DNA of 64,000 bases from Octopus vulgaris (GCA_951406725.2 OX597815.1:57908001-57972000); one strand, 5' to 3'; shown: positions 12,391-25,924, numbered from the stretch's first letter. A program made the numbers and translations. The notes: a model not told the origin generated them from the sequence alone.

Positions 12391-14698
12391 AAACAAAGCT
12401 TTAATTTTTGCTAGAAGATACCCCAACATTAGCATGAAAGAAATTAAGGTTATTTTGGCAGCAAGAAAAACGGTTATAGAATTCAATAATAAATTATGGG
12501 CTAGGAAGGATACGCCCCATTTATTTGACATTACAATGGGTTCACCGGATTCAGCAGAAACAACCGATTTAGTAGGGATTATTAGATAATCTAAGTAGAG
12601 AATTCCCTGAATTGAATGGCAGCCTCTATAGAGACAACACTTTGGTTTTAGTTAAGAATATATCTAGCAGAAGACTGGAAATACTTAAGAAACGACTGCA
12701 CAAATTTTTTAAGAGTTTCAGATTATCAATCACTATTGAAAATGAGAATTATTCTGTTAATTACTTAGATGTTAAATGTAACCTCAATTGTGGACTTCAT
12801 GAACCTTATGTAAAACAAAATTCTAATCTAGTATATATAAATAACTCTAGTAATCACCCCCCCCACACACACACAAATTAAAAGGTCACTATTGCTTAGC
12901 ATTAGTAAAAGAATTTCTAACCTTTCCTCGAATGAAGATATATTTAATAGACATAGTGAAAAGTATAACTCCGCATTACGTAGGATATAATGGTAAAATA
13001 AAATATATCCCTAATAATAGCCTCAACGATAGAAATAAGTTAACAACTACTAATAAACATGGGTTGGACAAGCTTAATGACAATTCAAATAAAAGGAACA
13101 ATAGCGAATATAATAATAATATGAATGGAAATAATACTAGTAATGGTATAAACAGGATCATATATTAAATGTTAATAATTACAATATTAATAATAATAAT
13201 AGAAATAGTAAAGCTTATTTGAACCATTGTAACAATAATAACTATGATAAGGCATTTAGTCATAATTTTAATAATATAAATTATAGAAAGTACAGGGGAA
13301 ATAAGAATAGGGTATTTGTTAATAATATGGATAAGGCGTGTAATCAATATAGCAGTACTGATACACTGTGGTTAATAATTCCATATGCTATGGAATTAAA
13401 ACTAACATAGTTGGAAATATTTTCAATTTAATAAACAAGCATTTTAGTAAGGGAAAGAACAAATATTGTGACATAATTAATAATAAAACAATTAGAATAG
13501 GATACAGCCTTACTCATAATTTGGCCACCATCATATCCTCAATTAATAATAGAAAACTTGATTATTTCTATCTAAATAGAAATAATAATTTAGGTAGCAG
13601 TAATGTGTCTCACTATCACTTAAGATTTAATAATTATAGCAGTGCGAGTAATAGTAATCTTAATGGAGGCAATAGTAGTAGTAATGCTGTAACGAATAAT
13701 AACACAGATAGTATTCATGGTATTAGTATTAATAACACTACTGATAATAATAATAATAATAATGTAAAATATAACCTGCCGTTGAATATGGGAATAATTA
13801 GTGATAATGATAATAATAATGTTGCTAGGAATGCAGCAGCTAGTGGTCATAATAAAGTTAAACATTTACAACTAGATAATAGATGCAATTGTAGAATAAA
13901 GGAAAATTGTGTGTTCAATAATGAATGCTTGAAAAAGGAGGCAGTTTACCAATGTATAGTAAGTACACAATATGATAATAGGGTATATATTGGTGCTACT
14001 AAGAATAATCTGAAACAGAGACTTAATTATCATAGATACACTTTTAAGAATAAGAATAGGATTAATTCTACAGGGTTAAGAGCATATATTTGGGAGCTTA
14101 AGGACAAAAATATCAATTATAACTTGCAATGGAAAATACTTACATCTGCACCAGCGTATAATAATAGGAATAGAAAATGCTCTTTATGCATTAATGAAAT
14201 TTTCTTTATAATTAAGGCTAATTTACCTATTATTAATAATCTTAAGGAACAAAATGTTTCATGCCTTCATAGACTAGCGTATACTTTCTCTGGATACAAA
14301 TAATACTTAGTTCTAAATACCATTCAAAATAGACATAAATAGTTGTTAAAGGCTTATTTACTTCATTTTTTTAAGGATACTAAATTGTAATGAGTTATGG
14401 GCATATTATTTTTGTATATCTATGTATAAGTGTATATGTATAACATAAGTATTTGAATATTTGTGCATGTATATATTTTGATATAAGGTTTTTTTTTGTG
14501 CATATTTGTATTTTTATACTGGCCTTTATTTTTATGTATATTGATATGTATTCACTTTTGAATTTCAGTATATTGTTATGTACATAGTATGAGTCAATGT
14601 ACTAAACATATAGTGGTCACTTTTGGATTTGTATATGTGTGGATACATGAGTATATGTACATATATATAATTATCTATTCATGTAGGTTTATTTGTAT
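12391..14698 (+). mobile_element. Penelope-like element, RT fragments + C-terminal GIY-YIG endonuclease (3' region probably resumes at 15699-17000)
   Basis: FDITMGSPDSAE, LYRD(N), NYLDV, SNHPP; CNC..C...C linker then AVYQC..VYIGAT..KQRLNYH; ORF 13368-14303. Confidence 0.85.
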
Positions 14699-15698
14699 TG
14701 TTACGAATACCTGCCGTCACTCGGGACCCTACCAAGTCGAGCGACGACGATCGACTGGCTCAATCGATCGGTGAATTCGCCACGGAAAGAGAGAATTCGG
14801 TGGGGGAAGGTGGCAGCGAACTCGGCAACCGGCGACCGGAGACAATAACAACAACAACAGGAAGAGATACGGAGAGACACGGCGGAAAGCAGATTGGCTT
14901 ACGTTTAACAACAGTTTATGACAATTACAACATCAAATACAATGTAAAATACATCAGGTACATCAAAGAGAATAACATGCAACAAAATTAACAAGATCAA
15001 AGCATGCAGGTACAATACAGTCCGGAGACAACAGTTCAGATCAAATTAAAACAAATAATGTTCACATTAACGATACAGTTCAAATTGATGCAATGTTCTA
15101 CATTAGAGTCTTTCTCTTTCTTTTTCAACAACTCTGCAACACAATTCACAATGTTCTTTATAATCTCATTTCTTTAATTCAGTACTTCTTCCTCCTTTTT
15201 TCCACATCAATCTTTTACATTTCAACAATTCTTTTTCCTTCTTTAACACATCAAAACATAAACAAACATACCGTTACGAGCTACTACAAATAGCCAATGC
15301 CTTCACGCCGTAATCTCCCTCACCTCCTCAATCCTCTGTGTATGTCTTTCTCAACGTTGTCGTTGCCTCTCGCTCTTCTTAATCCTATCTGCCTGTCTTC
15401 CTCTACGCTGTCATTCTCTCACTGTCTGTCTGTCTTTCGCCAACTGAACTCCTAAACTGCCCTGTTACCAATTCACTGTCTCCGGCCGAACTGTTTCACA
15501 AACTCCCAGCTCCCGCTTTTTAAAGGGTAGCTTCCTCGACCCTTCTTTGACCGGCACAGGGTCGAAGGTCTCTTCAAAAGTCATCACTCTCTCCAGAAAA
15601 TGGCAGAACAAAGGACAATAACTTTATATCCCAGACTTCAAGACTACAAACCAGCAAAAGTAGTTCATAGCACTGTTTCCGAATTGACCTCCATATCA
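14699..15698. mobile_element. Solo LTR inserted in the PLE 3' region
   Basis: TG...CA termini with GTAT TSD (14695-14698 / 15699-15702); same family as 9232-10105 in opposite orientation. Confidence 0.8.
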
Positions 15699-15917
15699 GT
15701 ATGAATGAATGCGGTGGTCTTTAGTATTATTGTGTTTTTTCTGTATGTACATATTTCTATTTTTTATATACTGATACTTGTTCATATTTATACCTTTATA
15801 TTTATGTTTATTGTTAAGTATTCAATTTTGGTTTTCAGTATATGGTTATGCACTTAGTATGAGTCAATGTACTAAACATATTGTGGTCACTAATAGATTT
15901 ACATATGTGTGGATGCA

Positions 15918-15952
<35 letters not shown>

Positions 15953-17017
15953 TATATTTATTTTTTATATTTATTTATATTTTTTTTACATATTCATGCT
16001 TGTCTATTTGTGTACATGCATGTGATAGTTTTAAGTATTATTTTATGTTATCTTCTTGTATATTAGATATTATATATGGACTTCAGTACACATTTGTATA
16101 GGTGATGTTTGTACTGGTCTGTAAGTATGTAGGAATATATGTGTGTATATATCGATGTATATATGTATGTATGAGTGTTTATATGTAAGTGTATATATGT
16201 ATGTGTGTATATATATGTATAGGTGTATTGTATGGCAATGTATATGGGTGCATATTGACACATATGTTTTTGCATGTAGTAGGACTTTTACTAGCACTGC
16301 TATTTATTTTTTTTCACATTTAACTATGCTGTGTAATTGTTTTGTGATTATTACATGTGTGTGTATTAGTATATACTCCTACATGCTTGAACTGGTTTGT
16401 GTATTTTTCTATGTATATATACCCCTTTCATTGATACTAATCGGATTGAACTTCTAATGTTTGCCTTTTGTATCTATCTATTCTTGTTTAATTGTAGGCA
16501 TACCTATTGGGGTTAATTTTTACAGGCATCCATATATTTATTGAGGCAGAAATGGAGATGTATCAATATACGTGTTTGGATTAGTGTGCTTGTAGGAATA
16601 AGTATGCATTGTATATGTATAGCTGGTTTTGTTTATATGATGCATAAATAATGTAAGGCTGTGTTGTCCATCGAATGATTTTGGGTTTAAATTTACTTAT
16701 ATGTGCATGTATGTATAAATGCAAGTCGTGGGTGGAAAATAATTCGGTGGACTTTGTTGTTTATTTACGTATTGCATAATGATATGTAAGCTTGTATTTT
16801 CAATCATTTACTTTTTGGTGTTAGTATACCTTGATGTGTATGTATGTATAAATGTAATTTGTAAGTGTAAGATAAGATAATAGATATATAATTATTTTTT
16901 TGTTTACTTAACACGTAACCATACGACCGTATGTAAGTTTGCGTCATCAATCGTTTAATTTTTTTGGTTTTAATATACTTTGATGTGTATGTATGTATGA
17001 ATGCATTTCCATATATG

Positions 17018-19052
17018 TAACATACCCAATGACTGGTGTAGCAGCATAATAGTCAACTGCTACAAAGGTAAAGGTGATGCCCTAGATACAAATAATTACA
17101 GAGGTATCAAGCTGTTGGATCAGGTAATGAAGGTTACGGAGAGGGTCATGGCCCAACTAATAAGAGAGAGAGTTAGTTTAGATGAGATGCAGTTTGGATT
17201 CGTGCCAGGGAAAAGCACACTGATGCTATATTCCTGGTAAGACAGCTGCAGGAGAAATATCTAGCCAAAGATAAGCCCCTGTACCTGGCTTTTGTTGACA
17301 TGGAGAAAGCCTTTGACAGGGTCCCCCGATCCCTTATCTGGTGGTCAATGAGGAAACTAGGGATAGATGAATGGTTAGTGAGAGCTGTGTGAGCCATGTA
17401 CAGGGAAGCTGCTAGAAAGGTGAGGGTTGGCAACGAGTACAGTGAAGAATTCCGGGTAGAGGTCCACCAAGGTTCAGTACTCAGCCCCCTCCTATTTATC
17501 GTAGTCCTCTAGGCAATAACGGAGGAATTCAAGACAGGATGCCCCTGGGAGCTCATCTATGCTGATGACCTTGCTCTAATTGCTGAGTCACTATCAGAAC
17601 TGGAGGAGAAGTTTCAGGTGTGGAAGCAAGGATTAGAATCGAACGGCCTTAGAGTCAACCTAGCTAAAACCAAAATCCTAATAAGTAGGAAGATAGACAA
17701 GTCACAAACACATTCAGGTAGATGGCCTTGCTCGATCTGTAAGAAAGGCGTAGGTAGAAACTCTATAAGATGCACCAAGTGTAAGCTATGGACACATAAG
17801 AGGTGCAGCAACGTCAAGGGAAGGCTAACTAGGAAGATAGTTTTTGTATGTGGCAGATGCTCAGGAGCAATAAACACTGAAAATGTGCAGAGACCAATTT
17901 CCGCCACATTCCAGGGAGAAAAACTAGAAGTAGTTGATAGCTTCCGTTACCTAGGTGACCAAGTCAGTAGTAGGGGTGGGTGTGTTGAAAGTGTAACTGC
18001 TAGAGTAAGAATAGCTTGGGCAAAGTTCAGAGAGCTCTTACCTCTGCTAGGGACAAAAGGCCTCTCGCTCAGAGTAAAAGGCAGACTGTATGATGCATGT
18101 GTACGAACAGCCATGCTACATGTCAGTGAAACATGGGCCGTGACTGCTGAGGATATGCGTAAGCTCGCAAGAAATGAAGCCAGTATGCTCTGATGGATGT
18201 GCAATGTCAACATTCATACTCGACAGAGTGTAAGTACCTTGAGAGAGAAGTTGGACCTGAGAAGCATCAGTTGCGGTGTGCAAGAGAGAAGTTTGCGCTG
18301 GTATGGCCATGTGGCGAGAATGGACGAAGATAGTTGTGTGAAAAAGTGCCACACCCTAGCTGTTGAGGGAACCTGTGGAAGAGGCAAACCCTGGGATGAG
18401 GTGGTGAAGCACGACCTTCGAACTTTAGGTCTCACCCAGGAAATGACTAGAGACCGAGACCTTTGGAAGTATGCTGTGCGTGAGAAGACTCGGCAGGACA
18501 AGTGAGACCATAACCTATGGCCTCAGTCCACTTATGCATACCTTTCCTTCTTGGGACACAAAACTCTACTTGTGAAGACCTGTTGAGGCAAGTGAAAATC
18601 AAAATCAAAATCAAAATCAAAAATCAAAATCGATTGACCAACATGAATGGAAATTGTAGCTGTGATACCAGTGCTGGTGGTACAAAAGAGAACCATCCGA
18701 ACGTGGTCGTTGCCAGTGCCGACCCCGACTGGCTTCCGTGCCGGTGGCACGTAAAAAGCACCATCCGATTGTGGTCGTTTGCCAGTCTCACCTGGCCTCC
18801 ATGCCGGTGGTACGTAAAAAGCACCATCTGATCATATCCGTTTGCCAGCATCGTCTGGTACCTGTGCCGGTGGCACGTAAAAAGCACCCACTACACTCAT
18901 GGAGTGGTTGGCGTTAGGAAGGGCATCCAGCCGTAGAAACATTGCCAGATCAGACTGGGCCTGGTGCAGCCTTCTGGCTTCCCAGAACCCAGTTGCACCG
19001 TCCAACCCATGCCAGCATGGAAAGCGGACGCTAAACGATGATGATGATGATG
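17018..19052 (+). mobile_element. RTE family A copy (RT with PHD insertion, 3' UTR, (ATG)n tail)
   Basis: NYRGIKLL, QFGF, FVDMEKAFDRV, QGSVLSPLLF, YADD, CSIC..CTKC..HKRC..CGRC, FRYLG; several stops. Confidence 0.92.
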
Positions 19053-19739
19053 TAAAATAAGATAATAGATATAATTATTATTTTTTATTTTTATTTTGGT
19101 TAGTTTTGATAAACTATTATGATCTGTTTAATTAACTTTCTGACCCCATATCGTTTTGAAACAGGCCTAACGGATGCGTTTAAAAGAATTAGCCAATTGG
19201 AAATAGATCAAGAGTTTACATGACCGCTCCCTGAACTTTAATATATTTTAAATATTTAATATGCATAGGTTAAATAGCCAATATCTTAAATGACTGCTCC
19301 CTAACCCCCAGTATAATTTTAAACATTGTTATATATTTAATATCCATACTTTAACGCAAACCTCGGACTAAATTTAACTTGGACATGGAGTTTAGTTACT
19401 ACTATTTTTTTTTAAACTAAATTTATTTGATTTTGTGGATATATACTTTAATATCCATACAACAGGAATGTAAACACGGTGAAATTTAATATGCATATAA
19501 CAGGGACTTATATTTTGTGGAACGGACCTTACCTGGACTCGTAATTCGGACTGAATGTTTTGGATGCTTGAATTTAGCCTATTCGTGTTAGCGGATGCAT
19601 TATAAGCATTTATGTATTTAGTATTTGGGTACTTTACCAGCAATATATTGGATAACTGATATCGCATAGTGGGTTACCTTCATAACCACTTTCTTACTTT
19701 GTACTATATATATATATATGCATGTATGTATGTATATAT

Positions 19740-19925
19740 GTTTGTCTGTATTTGTCCACCTACAATCACTTGACAACTGATGTTGATGTGTTTGTGTCCC
19801 TTAGCAGTTCAGCAAAAGTGACCGATAGAATAAGTACCGGGCTTACAAAATATAAGTACTGGGGTTGATTTGTTTGACTAAAGGTGATGCTCCAGCATGG
19901 CCGCAGACAAACGACTGAAACAAAT
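19740..19925 (+). mobile_element. SINE 3' half with CR1-like tail
   Basis: GATAGAATAAGTACC..AAGTACTGGGG..GACTAAAGG..CTCCAGCATGGCCGCAG..CTGAAAC; reverse homolog at 25925-26100. Confidence 0.6.
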
Positions 19926-19927
19926 AG

Positions 19928-21070
19928 CGGAATGATTCCGAGATGGGAGGGGGGTCCGGTTTTCCAAACACCCCCTTTTTTCCGAACAAAAATAAGGGGT
20001 TTGTAGCATATTAGAAGGTCAGGGTACTTGATTCCACGCAAAAAATTCTGAGTTTTTTTTTCTTAGTGAAAATCATGCAGGTGAAAGTATCAAAATTCAC
20101 TGAAAATGCTGGGTCGTGTGAATTTTCTGAAACTCCTCTCTCCAACCCCTCGGAAAAATTTTTTCCAACAAAAAAGGTTCATAAGTGCACCCTACCCCAC
20201 CTCCTCCGTTTTCCACAGAAAAAATGCATTAACTATGATCACAAAAAAACGTTGAAAAAATCAGGACCGGAGGATTTCCAAGGGTGCACCCCAACTCACT
20301 CCCTCCGTTTTCCACAGAAGTAATGCATTTGCGGTATAAAAGGAGGTCAACTAAGATGATAATGTAACAAAATTTTTCCCAGTGAAATCGGGGCCAGAAA
20401 AGGGAATTTCCGAGGTTCCGTCCCACACCTTCCGTTTTCCATGGACAAAATGCATTTCCTACACATTATGAGGTCAATTAAGACAATTGCAATGAAAAAA
20501 CGCAGGAGACAGTCCCGGAAAGGAGAATTTCCAAAATCCACCCCACCCCCTCCGTTTTCCACAGAAAAAATGCATTTCCAACAGCTTACGAGGTCAATTA
20601 AGATGGTTGTACTACACCCTCCCCCATAAAAAAATGCAGGAAAAAAGCTTATTTACTACCAAAATCGGTTAATATAAAGATCTTCAACTGTTAACAAAAG
20701 CAAAAAAGACCCAGCCTGCTGAGTGTTAACAACTGTGTAGAAAACGAATATGACAAAAAAAATTTGTGCAAACGCACCCAAGGGAGAGAACTTTCGGAAA
20801 ATTCACAAGATCCAATATTTCAGTCATAACTTTCGGGAAAATGGATATTGATTTTTTTTTTTTAACAGAATCCCACGTTTTTGGTTATGGAGGATCCAAT
20901 TCCCAAAAAAATTTCAAAAATCGCATTTTCAGAAGTGAAAATTGAAGTGGGGTGGACCCACTTCAATTTTCACTTTTTCCAGAAATTTTTTTTTTTTTTT
21001 TTTTTTTGCAAAATACGTAGATTAGGATTCTGAAAAATAATTGTTTGTAAAATTTCAAATTTTCAACAAA
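19928..21070. mobile_element. Non-autonomous DNA-transposon-like repeat with internal motif repeats
   Basis: Four copies of a TCCGTTTTCCA..AATGCAT motif at 20200-20580; 20680-20935 recurs inverted at 23855-24133. Confidence 0.45.
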
Positions 21071-21084
21071 AATATATATATTAT

Positions 21085-22615
21085 TGTCCCCTAATGAGTT
21101 TTTGTTCCATCTTTATATTTATATATATACATATAGCGACATACGTACTTGTGCTCACCTTATAATAGGTATCTAAATTTTGTACAACTCTTACTCTATC
21201 TTTTAGTACCCCTCTTACTTTCTTCCTTTTTTTCTTTTTCTTGCACCTCTTCTCTCTCACATTTCTTGGCCCTCTCTTTAACTCCCACTATTTCCCACTT
21301 GTTTATCTCCCCTGTACCTTTCTCTTTATCTGATTATTTTCTAATCCTTCAATCCCGCTGCCCTCTATGTATCTCTCCTCCTTCCACATGACTGGTGTCT
21401 GGCCATCCATGATCTTTCTTTCTTGGCCTGACTGCCGACTGCCAACACCTCTTATGTCCATCTGCTATGTTCCTGCAGGGTTTCACTTCATACACACCAG
21501 CTCAATTGGATCCATTCTCAGTTGAAAGACACCTGTTGTTTTTTTCTTGTTTGTATTCATAATTGTAAACCATGTTTTCTGTTTTTTGTCTTTGTTGCTA
21601 TACACATTTGCTAACTTTCTTACAAAGGAGTCTAATGCTCTTACCTTAGACTTTTTTGAGGGCAACCAGATCGAACCGTATCAAGTGTAACTGCCAGAAA
21701 CGGTTGTGACTTCTGGTACTTGACTGAGGAAAGGCCACAAATGACCCATATTTTTTGCCTGTTCTTCTAATGTTGTTTCTCTTGTCTGCCTGTGTATCGA
21801 CTATCTGTCTGAATGTTTTATTGCATTTTTGTTCCGTATATATATTTATATATACAAATAGCAGCATACATACACACTTGTGCTCACCTTATAATAGGTA
21901 TCTAAATTTTGTACAACTCTTACTATATCTTTTAGTCCCCCTCTTACTTTCTTACTTTTTTTTTCTTTTTCTCACTCCCCCCTCTCTCTCACATTTCTTG
22001 GCCCTCTCTTTAACTCCCACTATTTCCCACTCGTTTATCTCCCCTGTACCTTTCTCTTTGTCTCTGATTTTTTCTAATCCTTCAATCCTGCTGCCCCCTA
22101 TCCATCTCTCCTCCTTCCACATGACCAGTGTCCAGCCAGCCATGATGATCTTTCTTTCTTGGCCTGACTGCTGACCGCCAACACTTCTTATATCCACTTC
22201 CTATGTTCCTGCCTTTAGGCTTTCACTTCATACATGCCAACTCAATTGGATCCATTCTCAGTTGAAAGACACCTGCTGTTATTTTCTTGTTGTTTGTATT
22301 TGCAATTGTGTACCATGCTTTCCGTTTTTTGTCTTTGTTGCTGTAAACATTCACTAGCTTTCTTACAAAGGGGTCTAATGCTCTTAGCTTAGACTTTTTG
22401 GGGGGCAACCAGATCGCACCATCTCAAGTGTAACTGCCAGAAACGGTTGTGACTTCTGGTACTTGACTGAGGAAAGAAGGCCACGAATGACCCATATTCT
22501 TTTGCTTATCCTTCTAATTGTTGTTTCTCTTGTGCGTCTTTGTATTATCTATCTGTCCGATTGTTTTATTGTCCTCTATTGCGTTTTTGTTCCATTTTTA
22601 TATTTAAATATATAT
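21085..22615. repeat. Diverged ~740-bp tandem duplication (about 2.05 units)
   Basis: CTTGTGCTCACCTTATAATAGGTATCTAAATTTTG and GCCAGAAACGGTTGTGACTTCTGGTACTTGACTGAGG each occur twice; paralogous short minus ORFs 21483-21665 and 22223-22408. Confidence 0.9.
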
Positions 22616-23245
22616 GTGGTGGATCTTGCATGCATGAAGTGGATTCGATCCATCATATCCAAATTTGAATTAACACTGCAACAGAACTTTTCCCACAGTG
22701 GAACAATGGCCTTTCTCTGACAGCAGTTTTACATTTTCCAGATGCCTTTAGCTAGGCTGAAATAATGTCTTCACCACTTGACCCTTTCTAACCTCTTCTA
22801 CTCCACCAAAAGCTAGAATAGAGATAACAAGACCACCAACTAAATCTAGTGTTCTCAATGATATATCTATCCTTCTGGATAGTTATATAAGCCAGCACAA
22901 CCCAAGCAAAAATCAGTTTGTCACAGTCGTGACGACTTAACGGAGTTAGTCACAATCGGTGACGACTCAACAAGGTCTGGCTGACCAACCTTGGTCAGAG
23001 GGAGAAAGCAACTGTGAGACAACATCCTACAATTCATTCTAGCTCTAATTCTGTCCCTTACAACATCATTCTATCTCTCTCTGTAATTACTACTACTAAA
23101 CAATGAAAACTTCATGCATTGTTCATCTTACAACTTGCTGTCCTAACAACAACTTTTTATCATTGCATCTGCTGACCTGCACTTTGTAAGAAACGACCAC
23201 AATCGGATGGTGCTTAATATTGAGTAACTAATCAATTTCTACCGT

Positions 23246-23283
<38 letters not shown>

Positions 23284-23302
23284 CCCAACACTCTTCCCTC
23301 CC

Positions 23303-23849
23303 AATTCTACAGCCTTGGCCTTCAGGCAGGCTATCCACATGCTAGAAATGACAGCCAAATCTCACAAAACTGCGATAATATAATGAACACTTATTAGACT
23401 GATTTTTTTTTGTTTTCGCTTTAGTGACCGAGTGCTGCCGTGATCCTTTTACTGTTTCACAATAACGCATGCAGAAACAGACAAAACACCCGTTCATTTA
23501 CACTTTTAGACAGTGAGATGGAGGGGAGGGGGATTTGTTTCGGAGTTTTCCATGAAAAATTTGAAATTAAAATTTTAATTTGTGTTTATTTTTTCCATAT
23601 TCTTCATCTCCGTATTTTCCCACGTAGATTGATTGAAAAAAAAATTCGAAAAATGTTTTTTAAAATATTTTAATTTCACGTGAATTACTTTGTCATACTA
23701 CTGCGGGAAATTACTCTGAAACAAATATTTGCAGAAAGGTGAGTAGATTGATTACATATTTTTTTCATTATGCTATCGCAGTTTTGTGAGATTTTGGCTG
23801 TCATTTCTAGCATGTGGATAGCCTGCTTGAAGGCCAAGGCCCGAGAATT
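23303..23849. mobile_element. MITE-like element with ~75-bp terminal inverted repeats
   Basis: GCCTTGGCCTTCAGGCAGGCTATCCACATGCTAGAAATGACAGCCAAATCTCACAAAACTGCGATA and its reverse complement at ~23775-23840. Confidence 0.7.
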
Positions 23850-23854
23850 GAAAT

Positions 23855-24133
23855 TTTGAAAATGCGATTTATTATTATTTTTTTTTTTTGAGAATCAGAT
23901 CCTCCATAACCAAAAACGTGGGATTCCGTAAAAAAAAAATCTATATATATATATATATATCCATTTTCCTGAAAGTTATGATGGAAAAATCGGATCTTGT
24001 GAATTTTCCGAAAGTTCTCTCCCCACCCCTCAGGTTCGTTTGCGCAAATTTTTTTTTTTTGTCATATTCGTTTTCTACACAGTTGTTAAGACCCAGCAGA
24101 CTGGGTTTATTTGTTTTTGTTAATGGGTGAAGA
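23855..24133. repeat. Inverted copy of 20680-20935
   Basis: Reverse-complement match (e.g. GATCCTCCATAACCAAAAACGTGGGATTC). Confidence 0.85.
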
Positions 24134-25185
24134 TAGGTCAAACTAAAGGGTCTGAGCCGGGCATTAAAAAACAAACAAAAAACAAAACACGGAATCAAGT
24201 CTGGTGCGAAACTATAAATTTACTCAAATCTTTACATACGCTCTACAGGATTTAAGCGATTATTTGTTGAAAGCTTCGTCAAAAAGTATCCATTTTCTGG
24301 AAGTTAAGAGGCAACAAGGTCGAGGGGTATACATTTGTGGTTATGCCTAAAATCTTAATTTTTATGACACCATATATGTACACAAACCAACACAGCGGTA
24401 TATAAACGGAAACAAAGAATATTTCGTAGTTTCCGTTATCTTCCCGATAGATTCAACGTGCTAAGACTTACATGCACAACTTACTGGAGTTATTTATTTT
24501 GTACACATTACTATCAGCGGTAATGTATTCGTATTCAACAAGAAGATGCAGCTTCTGCACTACTTGTCAACAGCATATAGTGTTAAAGATTTTCATACGT
24601 TGCAAAATGATATCCATCAAAAGAGCAAACTTCACCACCACCACCCTTTTTTTTCTGATTCGTGGTTTTAAAATACGGACAGTCCGAATCTACCATTCGT
24701 TTCTCTTTATAAGCTCCAATTTTTTAAATACTTCAAAATCAAAAATGCGGGCGGAGGTAAAGAATACGTACACCACCAGTTTTCGGCGTAACAAAAACCC
24801 TAACCACTACGTGCACGTATTCTTTACTCTTGCCAATATGCGTAAATTCGTAAACATAAAAAAGTTATGAGGAGTTTTAGCACATGCTTACATCATAATA
24901 CCGCCAAATCGTCAATTTCCATAAATACTTTCTTCTTCCAATCCTTACGTATAAAATAAGCGACAGTCATCTCGGGAAATCATGCTCGGGGGCTGGTGCG
25001 ATTCTGCATTATCCCCGTTGCTAGTATCTTTAGAATTTATCACTCAAACCAAATGTAACTAAATGGTAATGTTGTTGTCCGGCAACATTTTGTCGTTTGA
25101 GTCCGCAACGTTAGGGTACGTAAAGAAGAAATGTTTATATTGATAGTAAAGATGTTAATGAGATTATTTTAATCCATGAACTTAC

Positions 25186-25238
25186 CTCCCTATAATAGCG
25201 ACCTTCTCTTCTTTAAGCTGTGTCTTTTCAGAAGCCAT
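25186..25238 (-). CDS. CRYL1: First coding exon of a Rossmann-fold dehydrogenase, most likely lambda-crystallin homolog / L-gulonate 3-dehydrogenase
   Basis: ATG 25238-25236 gives MASEKTQLKEEKVAIIG + AG, then a GTAAGT donor at 25185-25180 (phase 2 inside the S of GSG). From memory this matches the first-intron position of vertebrate CRYL1 (VVIVGS). Exon 2 was not found in the window. Confidence 0.65.
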
Positions 25239-25479
25239 CACGAAGAAACTTAGCAATTATTAAACAATGTGATTAACTACTATGAAAATGCTATTTAGTA
25301 AATTTTAACAGTGACAACTAAAAATATCTCAATATACTCCAAGCAAAATAACCCTCGAATGGATGTTCTTAATATCCCGCTACACAATAGAATGTAATGT
25401 ACTTTTTATGCGAGATAATTCATTCATCCACTATAGTTTGTGTTTTTAATGTATTGTTATCTGATTTCCGACTTTAGTC

Positions 25480-25600
25480 GTTCTCTCGCGTCCCAGTTAT
25501 CTATTACCTTTCCCTCTTATCTGTTCTTGAAACGTTTACTTGGTAAACTTGTAGAACACGTACGTAATGAAAATCCGTCCAGTATGAAACGGAAGTGACA
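25480..25600. promoter_or_regulatory. Candidate proximal promoter of the minus-strand gene
   Basis: CpG-retaining unique sequence with TCTCGCG (25484-25490), palindromic X-box-like GTTTACTTGGTAAAC (25534-25548) and ETS-like CGGAAGTG (25590-25597). Confidence 0.4.
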
Positions 25601-25924
25601 TAGAGAATGGAAGCGTGTTAGCAGCCGATACACAGTATTTAATTCTTAATATTGTTACTAATATATTTAATTATTAATATTGTTATTAATATGATGGCTA
25701 CTAAAATTAATTAAAATTACCTAATTCACTGTTTTAACGTATATTTTATAAACACAACACCAAAGCCTAACTTACAATTGTTGCAATTTGTAAATCAAAT
25801 AATTCACCATGTGTAACATATTTGGTCATGATTAGCTGGCAAATATTCTCTACGTTACTTCTCTTCCATTCAGTACCAGGGGTCATGGTTGGCATAGTCA
25901 ACTTTTCATTTACTTTTATTTTAT

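Noticed and set aside
19392-19667. Minus-strand ORF with a CAG|GTAAG donor-like site as candidate CRYL1 exon 2
   Set aside because: No frame resembles the expected dehydrogenase sequence
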